Assembly (NCBI GenBank): GCA_050084985.1
Contig: JBITNC010000001.1
Location: 140,988,001-141,052,000 of the forward strand
Length of the DNA: 64,000 nucleotides
Direction: 5' to 3'
Origin: Nageia nagi
Taxonomy: Eukaryota; Plantae; Pinophyta
The position numbers and the translations under genes are program-made. Below are positions 14,108 through 28,890 of this stretch, in pieces. The notes under the pieces are model-generated. The model was given only the letters and a program-made list of their open reading frames with translations, was not told where the DNA came from and ran no database searches. Every line of letters starts with the position of its first letter. Positions within the stretch are counted from its first letter, which is position 1.

Positions 14108-15371
14108 AAGGTTATGCATAAGAAGTCAACTCCAAAATATACTTATAAAAATTTGTTGAATTAATTTCAAAATCACAATGAATTAGGTATATAGTCACAT
14201 CGAACATGGCAAATTTATCATATTTTCAAAAAATACATACTAAAAATTTCATAATTTTTTTATATTTTAAATTAAAAAAAGTTGGAAAAATTAAAATACT
14301 AATTTAATTAAATTATATATAAAAATATGCATATCATAGTGTAAAGGCTACCAACAAATACTACAAATGATAAGTAATAAAAAGAATGGATGATTAACAA
14401 CAACAATAATGGATGATCGATAATACATGGAGAAGATGGATGATAACAAAAAGAATAGATGGCTGAATCCTGATAATAATAATAATAAATTATTAGTAAC
14501 AAATCAAGGTGGTCAGTAACAAAAAGAATAAAAAATCCCTAACAACTAAGAGAGACAATAACAAATGGATTAGATAGCCATTAAGTAGTCGATAACAACA
14601 ACAAAAGATGATCGGTAACAAATGATGTAGACAACCAGCAACAATGGTGTAAATAGCTAGAAATAGATGGAGTATATTTTCAATATTAAATGTAGTATAC
14701 AATCAACATTAAACATAGGTGAATGATAATAAATAGAGTAAATAGTTGACAACAAAAGGAGTAGATAGTAGAGAGGAAATGAAGTAAATAGCTAGCAATA
14801 AATAGTGTAGGTGAATGGAAACAAATAGAGGTGATGGTCAGTAACAAATGGAGCCAACATATGCAATAAACATAGCATGCTTTATATATGTCATCCCATT
14901 AGATGCATCCTATTCAAATTTATAAGAAGGGGTAATCAAAACATTTTCCCACCCATTTTGCACAACCCTAAATAGATTCCATTTGGTTACCAAAATCAGC
15001 ATACTCCATTTTATTCATGCAATTAAAATCATCATACCTTTTTCTTTACAAAATCATTATATGAAGATTTATCACTTTACAAACTGATTCATTCATATGA
15101 TTATATTCCTAAAATTATTCAACAAATTATGAGGGATTAATAATTTTGGATTCGACATTCTTTATACCTTGTATAGTTTTAATTAAAGATTATAACTAAA
15201 AGAATTTCATGAACCTATTAATCAAATAATATAATAATATTTTAATAATTTCAAAATAACAAAATTGAAGAGAAATAGAAGAATATAATAGCCATGTCAT
15301 ATCAGTTAAATAATAAATTACAATGGTCAAACTGAAAATATCGAAGAATGGAAGTCTAAATATAATAATGT

Positions 15372-17425
15372 CCACCACTTTGAGGGGGAACTTCTAACCA
15401 CTTTGAGAGGTAAACCTCCATATATATACAAAGATAGGGTGAATAAGAAATATGATATGCTAATAATGATGATGAGTATTACATGTGATCCTATTTATAG
15501 CCATTTGAGGAAAGTGATTTACCCACATCTCTAGGTGGTCAACCTATTATTCTTAGATAACCTAGAAAATAATTATTCAACTAAGCATTAGGTTATGTAC
15601 ACTCTAGTAGACTTACACCACATATTTATAATAAGTTTAATGATTCAAGATCCTAATGAAATCATATTTCATACCTCTTAAACTTAATGTTGTCCTCACT
15701 GTGATTTAGATTTGGATATGTTTGTATGAACTCTTCTCCTTCTCATTAGGTTTCTTCTTTTAACACATCCTTCCATTTCATGAGGAATTACTTAATGACA
15801 TGATTGTAGAGTTTCTTGGTACATGTATTTAATATCTTTCTAAATTTCAAAATATCCCATCCTTCATCATCTATTTTAGGAAGTTTCTTTTGGGTTACCA
15901 TGTGAGTTCCAATAACCTTCTTTGAGCATGATATATAGAATACTAGATGAATTTATGATGTTGATGGAAAATCCAATTGATATTCCATGGTCATAAAAAT
16001 TTTCAAACTCTTAAAGGGTCCATAATATTTTGAAGCATGATTATTATCCTTCTTTTATTATGGGTGAGTTCCATGGATATCAAAAAATTTCTCCATTTGA
16101 TTTATCTAGATTGCAAGTTCTTTTCCATGAAACTTTAGTATCTCTATTTTGGGAATGTGAAAACTATTTGGAGGTGTCTCTTAGTTTATATGATCTTCAT
16201 GTAGTTTTTTTCATTGTGTTATTTCATACTTTTGATTCATTTGATGTGCATAATATGGTCAATTTTTATGTTCATCATCATCCCAAGTTGAGTATGGTAT
16301 ATATCCCTTTGCATTATTGGTAAGAGTGTTGTATGGAGGTTTTCCTTAGATTGTTCCCTCCTTGGATGAATCTATGAGTTTACTTAGATGTTGAGATATT
16401 TTCTTACTTATTATAGGGTTCAAATTCTATTGTATCTTATTAATTTCCTTTTTGATGTATTCTTGCATCTATTTATGTAAGTTCTAAAATTGGATATCAC
16501 TTTTTTGTTTATCCATTTCTTTAGTGCCCAACCCTCAAAAATCATGTAATACACCTATTCTAAAATTAAAATAACTTTCTTAAAGTGCATCAAAATAATA
16601 TCAAATTTTAGATGCAAATTAGTTGCCTCTCTTTTACTCTCCTCACTAAAAATATATTAAATTTTTTTTTATTTGTAGCATAGTTGGAAGAGAATTTTTA
16701 GAGAAACCCTAATTTTCAAATAATTAATCCAATATAGATCCAATAAATCTAAAATTTTGATTGAACACTTCCATATGTAGGCAATGTGTATTCCAAACAA
16801 TAAAAATAAAAAACTCAATTTTCCACCTTGTAGAACAATTTTAGCATAAAATGTGAAATACTTATAACTTGGAAAATATCTTTCCAATTTGCTTGAAATT
16901 TAGATTATAATTTTCTTATCATATTTTATGGAAAATCTCAAAATTTCACTAAACAAATTGGAACTATGTGTAAGATATAATCATTTTACTTTAACCTCCA
17001 AAAAGGATAAAAATATCTATATTTTTGCCCTTAGGTAGCCAAAATTCATGCTCTTACAATATTTGTAATGAATTTGATGGTAAAATAATATAATAATATC
17101 CCAATTATTTTAAAATAACAAAATTTAATAGAAATATAACATCAATTGAATAATAAGTCACAATAGTTGAATTGATAATATCAAAGAAAAGAAGTTAATA
17201 GGTAATAAACTCCACCACTTTGAAGTGGAAACCTCTAAATATGCACCAAGATAGGATGAATAGCAAATATGATATTCTAGTGATGATAGTGAGTATTGTA
17301 TATGCTTCTATCTATAGTCAATTGAGAAAAGGGATTTGCCCACATCTCCAAGTGTTCAACCTATTATTATTAAATAACCTAAGAAATGATTATTTGAATA
17401 AGCATTGGATTATGTACATTCCAAT
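15372..17425 (-). mobile_element. Old, internally deleted chromoviral Ty3/gypsy with two diverged LTR segments (15372-15605 and 17211-17425)
   Basis: Direct repeat CCACCACTTTGA...CCACATCTC...CAACCTATTATT...TAAGCATT...ATGTACA. Minus strand 15690-15860 reads ILNTCTKKLYNHVIK*FLMKWKDVLKEET...EDNIKF, a chromodomain remnant directly before the LTR. Confidence 0.7.
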
Positions 17426-17764
17426 GGTTATGTGCCAAACCCTTCCAATGATCTCAATATGGTAACTCCTAGACACATAAAAAATATACATTAAAAAATT
17501 TAGACATCAAATAAAAAATATTGCAATTTAATGAAAGTCATTTCATTTCAAAACTTAGCAATCCTCTTCATGAAATCTTATCAAATAACTTCTTCATCTT
17601 CTTCCATAGGTCTAATAGTTTGTCTCCATTCTCATTAGTAATACAACACTACTCTTGACCTATATTCATGGTCAATGTCCCTCATGTATTCTCATTGTCT
17701 TTCTTTGATATTTCCTTATTATTAATATTTGCAACAATATACCCCATATGATGATATGAAGGAC

Positions 17765-18200
17765 TGAGAAATGCACTCATTGATTTATTAAATAAATGAA
17801 AGAATACATATTTATAGTTTTATGAAAGAACTAGATTACAAAGGTAACTATTTTCATAATAGAGTTCTCATGATTTGAAAAGACAACTAAATCAACTATA
17901 AAATAATGTAAAATCCTTACAAATCATACACAAACTACTATAGAATAATCCTACAAGTTCCTGAAGGTTATAACTGTAATCCATACAATGTATGCTCGTC
18001 AAACAAGCCAAGAAAATGCCAAAACATACTAAAACTCGAAAAATACTAAAAATATTGATTAAACATGTTTGGTATGAGGAAATTTTGTTTGTCTTGAGTT
18101 TCCTGATTAAATGCCTTAACTTATTGCATTTTATCAATAACTCAAACATAATGCTAGAATTAATATGAAATGTTTGATCAATTCAACTCAATTTCTAGCA
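17765..18200 (-). repeat. Copia 3' LTR
   Basis: Aligns with 24026-24519 (CTCATTGATTTATTAAAT...GTTTTATGAAAGAACTAGATTACAAAG...CAACTCAATTTC); PPT complement TACTCCCCCT at 18201-18210. Confidence 0.93.
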
Positions 18201-18209
18201 TACTCCCCC

Positions 18210-21200
18210 TTAATGCTGAGTGGGCTCACTAATGAGTTTTTCAGCTTCAAAAATTGTGTTGATGACCACTTTTTTAAAAATATTAGCAATGTTTTCAAGG
18301 GTGTTACAATGCCTTAGCTTAATGATGTTTTTCACCACCATGTCCCTAATGAAGTGGTACTTCATGTTAAAGTATTTCGATTTGATATGGTAGATAGGGT
18401 TCTTTTCCAATTGAATGAAACTCTTGTTATCATAAAATAATTTTGTTGGACCACATTATTTTTCACCAAGTTCTTAAAGAAATTCCCTCAATAATAATGC
18501 TTGAGCACTAGAACTTTTGATTATAATGTATTCAACCTCTGTAGAAGATAAAACATTTGTACTTTATTTTTTAGAGCTCCATGTTATCATTCTTGAACCA
18601 ATACTGAAACAATTTCTTGATGCAAACTTTCTATTATCTATATTTATTCCTCAATTAGAGTCACTAAATACAACCAATTTTACCTCATTATTTTTATAGT
18701 AACTAATGATAAAATCAATGTTACCTTTTACATACTTTATGATTATTTTAGTTGCTTTGAAGTAAAGTTTAGAAGGATCACTCATATACCTTAATACAAG
18801 TGAAATAGTATGTGCAATTTTTGGTCTATAGTTTATGAGAAACATCAAGGTTTCAACAATGCTTCTATATGTGGTCACATTAACTTTTGTAGCCCCATCA
18901 TCCTTACATAACAACTCTCCATGGCCTATTGGTGTTGGGACTGGTTCGGAATTTTTCATGTCAAATTTATTCAACATAACATTTTCATATTTAGTTTCAT
19001 AAATAAAAATCTCACCTTCCTTTTGATACACCTTAGTACTAAAGAAAAAATGCATCAAGCCTAGATATTTTATTTCAAACTCTTGTAACATAGCATTCTT
19101 GAAATTATCATTTATTTTTTTAATAACTACCCATGTAAATAAGATCATTAACATATAAGCACACAATAATAATGTCATTACCTTCTTTCATGTGATATAA
19201 GGTAGGTTCACTCTTACTTCTTATTAACCCATATTGATGGAAGTATCTATCAATCCTTGAATACCAAGCTCTTGGAGCATCCTTGAGGCCATACAAGGCC
19301 TTCTTAAGATTATCTTTACCTTTTATTTCAAATCATTAAGGTTTTTATACATAAACCTCTTCATCCAAATATCCATTTAAGAATGCACTCTTTACATCCA
19401 TATGATATACCTTCAAACCTTTATGGGTAGCCAACGAAAGAACCAATCTAGTTATTTCTTGTCTTGCTACCAGTGCAAAGGTTTCCTCATAATCAATTCC
19501 ATATATTTGTGTGAATCATTTTTCCACAAGCCTTATTTTGTGTTTTTCTATGGTTCCATCACTATTTTACTTGGTATTATAGACCCATTTGCAACCAACA
19601 CACTTTTTGCCTTTTGTAAGGTCCACAAGCTCCAAAGTATTATTTTTTTTTATGGAACTAATTTCCTCTTCCATTGCTTTCAACCATATATCATTAGTAT
19701 ATGATTGTTCATAACTAGATGGTTCTAATTCAACAATAGTCATTAAAACATAATTAACAACATCACCTATTGGTTCTTCATCATCATCATCTCCATACAT
19801 TCTCAAATTTTTAAATCTTATCACAACTTGATCAATCTCTTGTGCTTGTCTTCTTATAAGTATTCTTTGAAACTTTGTATCTAATATTTGAGAATATGGA
19901 TGGATTAAAAGTATTATTTTACCTTTATTTATCTTGGCATCACTTGAAGAGTCATCATCACTCATTTAAGGGCTTGAGTGATTTGAATAAGAACCTAAAG
20001 AAGAATCCTTTTGTAGGCTTGGAATAAAAGGAATTTTCTTGTTGGTTTGTACATTATGCTACACATTTGAAGAGTACTTGCTGGATTGAACAGTAGGTTG
20101 CACATTCAAGGAGATTTCACTATTAGATTCATCATCAACATGGAGTTTTTCATGACCATACATTCCCCCTTCATCAAAAATTATATCTCTAGAAACCATA
20201 ATTTTATGAGTTTTTGGATTATACAACCTATAGGATTTGGTATTTAGAAATATTTTGAACTAGGGCTGATCTAGAATCACCCAAACGGGGCTCAAAAAAA
20301 TTACTAAAATTCACTAAAAGTCTTAATTAAGTCATTCATGCACTTCAAATATCCAAAATGCCCTAATTATCCTCTAAAAATAGAAACTTTTAATCTTAAG
20401 TGCAATATATTAATGGAAAAACCCAATGTTTAAGCTAGCAAGATCAAATCTCATCAATTAAGCTCAAATAGTATCAATTATTTATGTAAACTCAACTTCC
20501 AAGTAGTTATAGCAGAATGACTAGAGATAACATCCATAAATCCAACATATAGGCCAAAGATGACACAACATCCAATAGCAAGTGAATAAAATCATAAATA
20601 AATCCTTAAGATGCAACATTAAGATAGCTAGGGAAATATCTCAAGCAATAACATAATTAAATTAAGCCATAATATAATTTGAATAATATTGCAATGAGAG
20701 CCAAATTACATGCTTTTACTTCTAGAGAAAGTGTGCCCTAGGGATGATTCCTTAATTATTTATGATTTTTCAAATAAGAAAATCCTCAGTAATAGTAAGG
20801 TTTGCATTAGGGATTCCTCCTCCATTTAGTTATGGTGGAGACTCTAGAGTCTCACTAATAGTAGTAAGATAAACCAAGTTAATGCCAACATCCTTGGATA
20901 GCTGGTTGTGACCTTTGAGGTACATTATTCTTCAAAGTAGCAATTCATTAAGCCCTAAAACTTTGCCAAACTTCAAGTAGCTCCAAGTGGGTTTTTTTCC
21001 ACAAAGGGAGGAAGAGAGTCAATGCCATACATCTAGTGTAAAATTGAGAAGTAATAATCATGCATATGTAAATGAATATAATGCATCTACCTTTTTAGTC
21101 TCCTTGAGCTCACGTTCCCTCTAGAAGCATTGGGATCATCAAAATCATGATGTGTGATGGAGATTAGCCTTCATAGGGTTTTGTTTCACTTTGTGTATCA

Positions 21201-23919
21201 TACATGCACCTTGGGATCATTAAAATCACATCTAATGGTCCTTTCTTATGCAACATTCCATGGTGGGAGTCTTCAAGTACCTTGAGATTCATGTAATCTT
21301 TCTTGGAGTTATGTATAAACTCTACATCTAGTGGGGCATCCTAGTTAGAGGGGATATCTATTACATTTAAATTCATAGTAAGTGCCTTTTTCTATTTACT
21401 AATTATAAATAAACTCTTAAATATAACTTAAACCTCTTATGACTCCCAAGACATACCTTGGAATCATGCATTATAAATATTTGGGCATTATTAATGATCC
21501 ACTTATTACAAATATTAAAATACCCCTAATTAAAGATAAATCAATTCTAACTAACTAAATTGTAATTTTACATCCCTAGAAGAGGGATGTCACTCTTAAA
21601 TGAGAGATAATTATGAACTCTCACACATGTGATATGAGAAATCTAGCTCGGTAGGCGAACTGCCAAATGCCATAACTCCATTTCTTAATGAAACCATGTC
21701 ATGTAACCTATCAGACCAAATGGCATGAGATTCTCTATCCATTTTAAGTGATGAATTGATAATTCAAGACTTGTGAAATATGAAATATCTTCAAGATCTA
21801 AAATGAGTGGAACCTCAAAAATTGAGAGTATTACATATTCTCAATAAAAATTCCTTTGTTCATTAGGTACATATGCATATTCTAAACATCCAAAAACTCT
21901 AAAATGATTTACATTTGGTTTCTTTTCATACCATGCTTCATAAGGAGTGATGTTATCCAATGTGTTAGTAGGACTTGTATTCAAAATATAGATTGTTATC
22001 CTAACCACATCATCCTAATACATATTAGTCAATTTCTTTATTTGAAGAATGCTCCTATCCATCTCAATAATGGTTCTATTTTTATTTTTAGGTAGACCAT
22101 TTTGTTGTGGAGTAAAGGTAGCAGTGAGTTTCTTTTTAATTTCATAATCTTTATAAAATTAGAGGAATTCATTTGAACAAAATTCACCTCCTCTATTAGT
22201 CCTTAACCATTTTACATAATATCACTTTGAATTTTAACATGATTTTTGAAATATTTGAAACAATCAAAAGCCTTATCTTTGGTTTTGAAGAATTAAATCC
22301 AACACATTCTTCAAAAGTCATAAATAAAACTAATAAGGTATAAATTATTACCCAAACTTTGATTTTTTATTAGCCCACATATATTGGAATGCACCAATTG
22401 GATTGGAAAGGATGTTCTCCATACTTTTCCTCTTAGAAAACTTGCACTTGAGAGCTTTCCTAAAGAACAACCTTCACAAACATCATTATAATCCTCAACC
22501 TTGGGCATCCCATATACCATTTCTTAAGATGTCAACAATACAAAACTAGTAAAATTCAAATGACCATATCTCAAATTCCATAGCCAACTTTTGTTCTCAA
22601 TGGCTACATTTGCAAGTTGGGCTCCTTGTCTTCCAAATTCAAGAGGAAAAAATATACTTTTTACTCATTGGGATTATAGTGACCAATCTATTACCATGAT
22701 TTTTTTTATCAAAAATGACACATTTACCATATTCAAAAATTGACTTATAATTATTTTCTATGATTTGGCCAACACTCAATAAGGTATGCTTCATATTTGG
22801 AGTGTATTATATGTCATTTACCTTCTTGTTACCCTCATTGATATTCATATTCATGTTTCCAATTCCTTCAATTTGTAATGCTTTATCGTATCCAAGCTTA
22901 ATTTTGGACTTGTAAGAGTTATCCAATGTAGAAAGTAACTCCTCCTTGTCAGTCATGTGGTTGGAGTATCCTATGTCAAGTATCCATGTCTCTTACAAAT
23001 TATAATCATACTTACCATAAGTAAAAAATAAGTTTGAATATCCTTCCTATTCTCTATAATGTACACTACTTCTCCCTTCTTGAGAAGCCTTTAATCTTCA
23101 ATCTCTTTCATAGTGACCAAAATTTTTATAATAGTAACATTGTGTATTTTTCTTATTACCTCTTCCTCTTCCTCTTCCTTGGGTTGCACATCTTCTTCCT
23201 CAACCTCTTCATCTTGAATGAGAATGAACTCTTCCATGCCCTCTTCCATGTCTAGTTGACTAGCTTCACCCTCCTTAGATGCAAAAGATTTCTCTTCAAC
23301 ACCACCAACATTTGGAGATGTAGAGTCTTTTAGTCTCTCTTCATGATACATAAGTGAACCAATCAATTAATCATAATCAAGAGTGAAAAGGTACTTGTTC
23401 TATTCAATTATTATGATCATATGATTCCATTTTGGAAGAAGTGTTCTCAACACTTTATTTACCAAAACTTCATTTTTTATCTCTTTACCTAGAGTTTGGA
23501 TCTTATTTACACAATATTTTACTCTTACATAGTAGTCACCTAAATTTTCTTCATCTTGTATTTTGATATTTTCAAAATTTGAAGCTTAACTTTCTTCACT
23601 TGTGTACTCCATTGATATCCATATTTTAATACCTTCCAAGATTAAATTGTTGTAGTATATCAAGCTATCCTTGGAAAAATGCTTTTTCTAAGGTTGATTG
23701 GATGTGGTAGAGTGCATAATTATATTATTTTTTAGATTCCTTTTTTGTTGTCTTATCAGCTCCTGTGAGAGCACTCTAATTGGCAAGTTCAATGTAGCCT
23801 TATTCTACAATATCCCAAATCACTTTTCCTATGAGTAGAGTCTTCATTTCTATACTCCAATACTCATAGTACTCAACATTTAATTCTAGGATTGCCAATG
23901 AGTTATTGTTGGCATCCAT
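18210..23919 (-). pseudogene. Copia gag-pol pseudogene
   Basis: YYEYWSIEMKTLLIGKVIWDIVE (gag); VCEGCSLGK and LVHSNICG (integrase); WLKAMEEEISSIKKNNTLELVDL and KWVYNTK (RT); KYHFIRD (RNase H); many stops and frameshifts. Confidence 0.92.
20244..21835. mobile_element. Nested LTR-like insertion inside the copia integrase
   Basis: Integrase motifs RVFGCLEYAYVP (to ~21850) and KSYRLYNPKT (from ~20240) are separated by 1.6 kb of non-coding DNA ending GAGAGTATTACA; left end unclear. Confidence 0.65.
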
Positions 23920-24013
23920 TTGTGGAATAAGGAGCTTTGGATCACACCTTTTGAGAGAACTTGATAAATCCTCATAAACACCCACAAGCCTATCTAACCC
24001 AAATGATCAAGTA

Positions 24014-24025
24014 TATCTAATACCA
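24014..24025 (-). promoter_or_regulatory. Copia PBS (initiator tRNA-Met type, degenerate)
   Basis: TCTAATACCA versus canonical TCTGATACCA, adjoining the 5' LTR. Confidence 0.8.
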
Positions 24026-24519
24026 TAATTAGAAATATGCTCATTGATTTATTAAATTAAAGAAATAATACATATTTATAGTTTTATGAAAGAACTAGAT
24101 TACAAAGATGACTATTTTGAGAATGGAGTTGTCATTATTTGAATAGTCAACTAAATCAGCTATAAAATAATGTAAAATCCTTATGAATCACACACCAAAC
24201 TACTATATAATAAACCTATGAGTTCTTGAATGTTATAAATTCAACCCACACTATGTATATTGGTTAAACAAGCTAACAAAATACTAAAAAATACACTAAA
24301 ACTATGAAAACACCAAAAATATTGATGAAACATATTTGGTCTGAGGAAACGTGCCCACATTTTAGAACAATCCCATGTTTTGGAAGTGAAATGTGTTGGG
24401 TACAAAATGTGCCTATGTTTTTTGATGAAATGCCTTGACCTACTATGTTTTTTTTATAACTTGGATAAAATGGTAGAATTTAGGTGAAATGCCTAGTCAA
24501 GTCAACTCAATTTCCAACA
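24026..24519 (-). repeat. Copia 5' LTR
   Basis: Homologous to 17765-18200 with an extra internal segment; ends TTTCCAACA followed by the TSD. Confidence 0.93.
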
Positions 24520-26129
24520 AGGACCAACATCACCTTATCATTTTATTTCAAAAAATTGTCCCCTTCAAAAGATCACAATCATCCCTAAGTTTTATTTTTT
24601 TTTAAGTTTGAGAAAATAGAATATGCAACTCAAAAAATAGCTAATGTAAAAAAATTAATTACCTTAAACATCTATATAATTCAAAAGATATGACCATTGA
24701 AGATTAGCACTCAAAATTGCCTAAATGGACAAAAAAAACTAATAGAATATAGGGAAATGAATATAATAATCTTTAGGTGAAAATTTAAAGGGAAAAAATG
24801 TAGATTTTAAAAAGATGTGAAACTACACTCTTGTCTAATTGTTCATAAGATTTTCAAAATGACAAATGAATTTATAAAATTCCTTGAAGATCTATTGATT
24901 TTTGTATTGTTAATAACTTGTTTTAGTAATATGTCATATTATGACCTTCAACCTAAGCTAAAATTTAGACAAGTTCAAAGGTCCTCTTCATTGGGTGAAC
25001 AAAAGTTGAATGAGTCCAATAGATAGCCAAAACTGGAAGATGGGGAGATCCCTTCCAATAATACAAAAGACAACAATATGGCTCACCCGGATGAGGAGGA
25101 ACCTCACCAAAAATATATAATAACATGATAATGGTTACTATGTAAAGGAAGGATCATGAAGACGGTAATGAATTGAAGCATAGTTTGATGGATCAAGCAC
25201 AAGAAGAATGCATGCTTGATAATGAAGGATGGAAACAAGCGAAAAAATTAGAGAATATCACTAAGTAATAAAGGAATAATAGAGAATTCAAATTTAGTGG
25301 ATGAATTAGACAAAATTCAAGATTCAAGGAGGTAATTAGATTCTAATGAAATAGTAGTTAAAGAAACTCAATGGCAAGAAAAAGGTAGATAGGTGGTAAT
25401 ATGAAGCACAATAAGAAAAGTAGATACTAGATAAATAATATTGAGGTGATCAAATGCTACAGTACTTATAGCAATATATTCTTCAAATATTGAAATATGC
25501 AAGAAAATTGTGCTCAATAATTTGGGTTACCAAGTAGCATGTAGTTATTATATTTTGAAATAAATAGTGGCAGTGTGTTATCCAAATTGTTACAAATTTA
25601 TAATAACTTTTGGATACTTGTACAAAAAAAACCTTAATTTTACCAATGGACCTTTTTTTAATCTTGACAAAAACAAAATGTCATCCTCTTAAATATGGCT
25701 AACTAGACTTCATATTTCATATCTCAAACTCCTAAATTTGTGAAATTTCTTTCAAGTACATGTAGGAAATCATAATCCCTCAATCGATTATCAATAAAAT
25801 ATCTAAATAGCACTAGTATGATAATGAAATATGTAAGATTCATCAAATAATTAAACATTGTGAAAATTTCACATAAAATAATAAGATAAAACAAATGCAC
25901 AAAATAAAAAATAAATTGAAAAAAAATAATAATGCACAAGCATTTAGGCCAACAATTAATTCATGTTATAATCAAAATAATAATTATTAAGGTTATTTAT
26001 AGAATAATTAAATTCACCAATTAACTATGAATAACAAGAAATAGATGGCACGAAAGATAACAATAACCTAATTGACCTTGAACTATCAAAATTTAATTTA
26101 CAAAATATACAAACATGTATTTTACTTGT

Positions 26130-27664
26130 TGTTCTGTAATATTATTTTGTCTAACAATGGATTTATTTAAATTTTTCTTATTGTCTCATGAAGAAATCAA
26201 AGGATTAAATAACCAAGTACCTAAACAATATATGAACTAGCAAATAAATACCACTAGAGAGGTTTACCCAAAATAAGCACTCTTATTTTTGTGGAATTGT
26301 ATTAATCCCTTTCTAGTCTATAACCTTGATACAACACTTAGAAACTTTTCTTCTTTTCCCCTTTCACTCCCCGAAGATTAGCAAAATATTTGTCTAAAAA
26401 AAAAGTCAAGTTGGCTAGTCTTCCTTTTATAAATTAAAGAAGTTAGCCTACAAAATATTATGGTTATCACTTATTTGATTTTCCACCACGTAAAGATAAT
26501 ATAGGTTTTGGCCACCAACTCATCTTATCTGTACTAGCTCCACCAAATTAGTAATAACCACTTAACAAATTTACAACCTATAAAATTTGCCATCTTGCAA
26601 ATTTCAAAATAGCTCACTCCATGTCTATATCTTCCCTCCTATTTTTTAGAGAGATAAAAATCATACTACTAATACATTTTACAACTTTTGTTTTTCAAAC
26701 CTTAGATTAGACTAACAAATTCTAATTTAAATAAAGTCTCTCAACCATATCTTTTTAAAATACCTATAATCTAATAAAATAGGTTCGAAATACCCAACCA
26801 TCATGTTATTTATGGGTGACCCAATCAAAAGGTGCCACTTGGCACAATGTAATGGATGTTGGGTGAAAGTTTTAGTAGTTTTAAATGAGGTGGTTGGTGA
26901 TGTAACCATGATGGCCTTGGCTAGCATATGGCATGCAATGTAAGGTCAGTAGGCGACCAATGGTAGTCTCTAAGTGGCTAGCATGGTTGCCCCTCAAATC
27001 CTCCTTGTTTCCCCCCATGGCTCTGTTGGTTGTTAGGTAAGAGGTTGGGTAGTTTTAGGTCTATTCCCCACCCTTTTTTATCCCCATGTGGGTTTTAGTG
27101 GACTATGAGCTCCACTCCTGGTAGTTTATCTTCCAAGTTGCACCTACAAGTCACTTGGTACCTGATAGCTTTGTTTGCTCATTCAACAACTCACATTCAG
27201 TAATGAGTTAGCTATTTCCTTCTTTTCCTCACATGGCCTTTTTTAAAAATTTGCATGTTAGTCCTCTTTTGTAGGCAATGAATTCCACTCCAATGCATGG
27301 CTTTCAACCCACCATCTCATCTTTCATGCTTTGATCCACATTGGCACCTTCCACATACAAAGGAGTCCCCTCTCTTGTCCACATCCACGTGGAATTGGAT
27401 GAGGGATTTGACCTTCCCACATTTAAATGCCACCCCTTTTATATTATTTTTTTGGGCTTTACAATTTATTTTTCAATCTATATATATATTTTTAATTTTG
27501 TATTTAATAAATCAAAATATAAATAAATCCAAAACTTCAAACCTTTACAAAACACCATTCGAGAGTTGGTTTTGCACATCATTTGAATCGATGGAATCAT
27601 CATGAAGAGAAATTCAATGTGAAGTTCTTATTTTGTTACTAAGTGATGATCAGATTTTAGATCA
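26130..27664. mobile_element. Solo LTR nested in the 3' LTR of the Ogre-like element
   Basis: Termini TGTTCTGTAAT...ATTTTAGATCA; flanks CTTGT/TTTAT are transition variants of CCTGT, present once at the empty site in the sister LTR (~35674). Confidence 0.8.
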
Positions 27665-28599
27665 TTTATGATAAAAAAAAATGCATGAAAAATTCAATCA
27701 AAAGAGGATGAATGATAAGCTTTCTCAAAATATGGAGCCACCAATCTCACCTCAACCTAATGGTAGCACCAAAAACCCAATGACAACACCTGGTTATTAT
27801 TCCAGAATGTCTCTCCTTTTACTTGATGTTATTTTCCCACCTTTGATCCATAAAATCTTGCTCATGAAGGGATGAAAGATCACAAGAATGTAAAGCTTAA
27901 AGTATAACAAAATTCAAATATGATAGGTAGAATTAAGAAACATCAATCAAGAATGACATAAGTATATTGCCACCTATAAGGATTCAATATTATGTCATAT
28001 CATGTCATATATTTGATCATGCACAACCTCTCCACCTTAATCGATAATAAGTCTAGTGCTAAGGATCCTCCTTATGCTTATTATGATGCTGAGTCAACTT
28101 ATTACCATAAAACATAAAGGTACATGAAAGTGCATATGGAAAAGAGCATTTATTTAATAAATTAAATAAATTATTTTAAATACCTAAAAATGTATTTTAA
28201 TTAAATTAAAATTCCTTTTTAAGTATTAACATATGCCCCACTTTGAATATGTTTTGATGCTTTTAATAAAAAGTAAAATCGAAGCATGAATTCAAAGTAT
28301 AACAAGAAAAGTAAGAAGATAGTCCCTAAAAAGTTGTGATATGGTGATAGCTTCATATGCCCCAATTTGCTTATGTTATGCCCCCTATTTGACTTGGTTT
28401 TGACCTGATGGACCTCTCATCATAGGAGCAATCTAAGACAAAGAAAAAGGTACATGAAAATAGCTTAGATAATAAATATTTTTATGCAAGATATCTCAAA
28501 TATAATTAACATTAAATGATATGGAAAGTATGGTAGGAAAGAAAACCTATCCTTGGTGACTTTTCACCAAGATGGGATGAAGATGATAAGTAGTTTAGA

Positions 28600-28890
28600 T
28601 TGATCATCTTGGTTTCCCAAACCACCATGTTGCCATGGATTTTGATATGAATGGACCTTCCTTACAAAGGTACCAAATGATAAGATTGACCATTCCTTAC
28701 AAAGGTGTCAAAGATAAGAATGATCAACTTGGTTTCCCAAGCCACCATGTTTCCATGGATTTTCTAATAAGAGTGCCCCTTCCTTACAAAGGAGTCCAAT
28801 GATATAAGTGATCAGCTTGGTGCCCTAAGCCACCATGTTTCCATGTATTTTTTGATAAGAGTGCCACTTCCTTACAAAGAAGGCCAATGA
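28600..28890. repeat. ~90-120-bp degenerate tandem repeat x3 in the element 3' region
   Basis: GATCA.CTTGGT..CC.AA.CCACCATGTT.CCATG.ATTTT...TTCCTTACAAAG recurs at about 28602, 28722 and 28810. Confidence 0.85.

Larger units (their letters stand above)
17765..24519 (-). mobile_element. Full-length degenerate Ty1/copia retrotransposon, TSD AGGAC
   Basis: Two LTRs; AGGAC at 17760-17764 and 24520-24524; PBS and PPT present; gag-PR-IN-RT-RH order. Confidence 0.95.
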
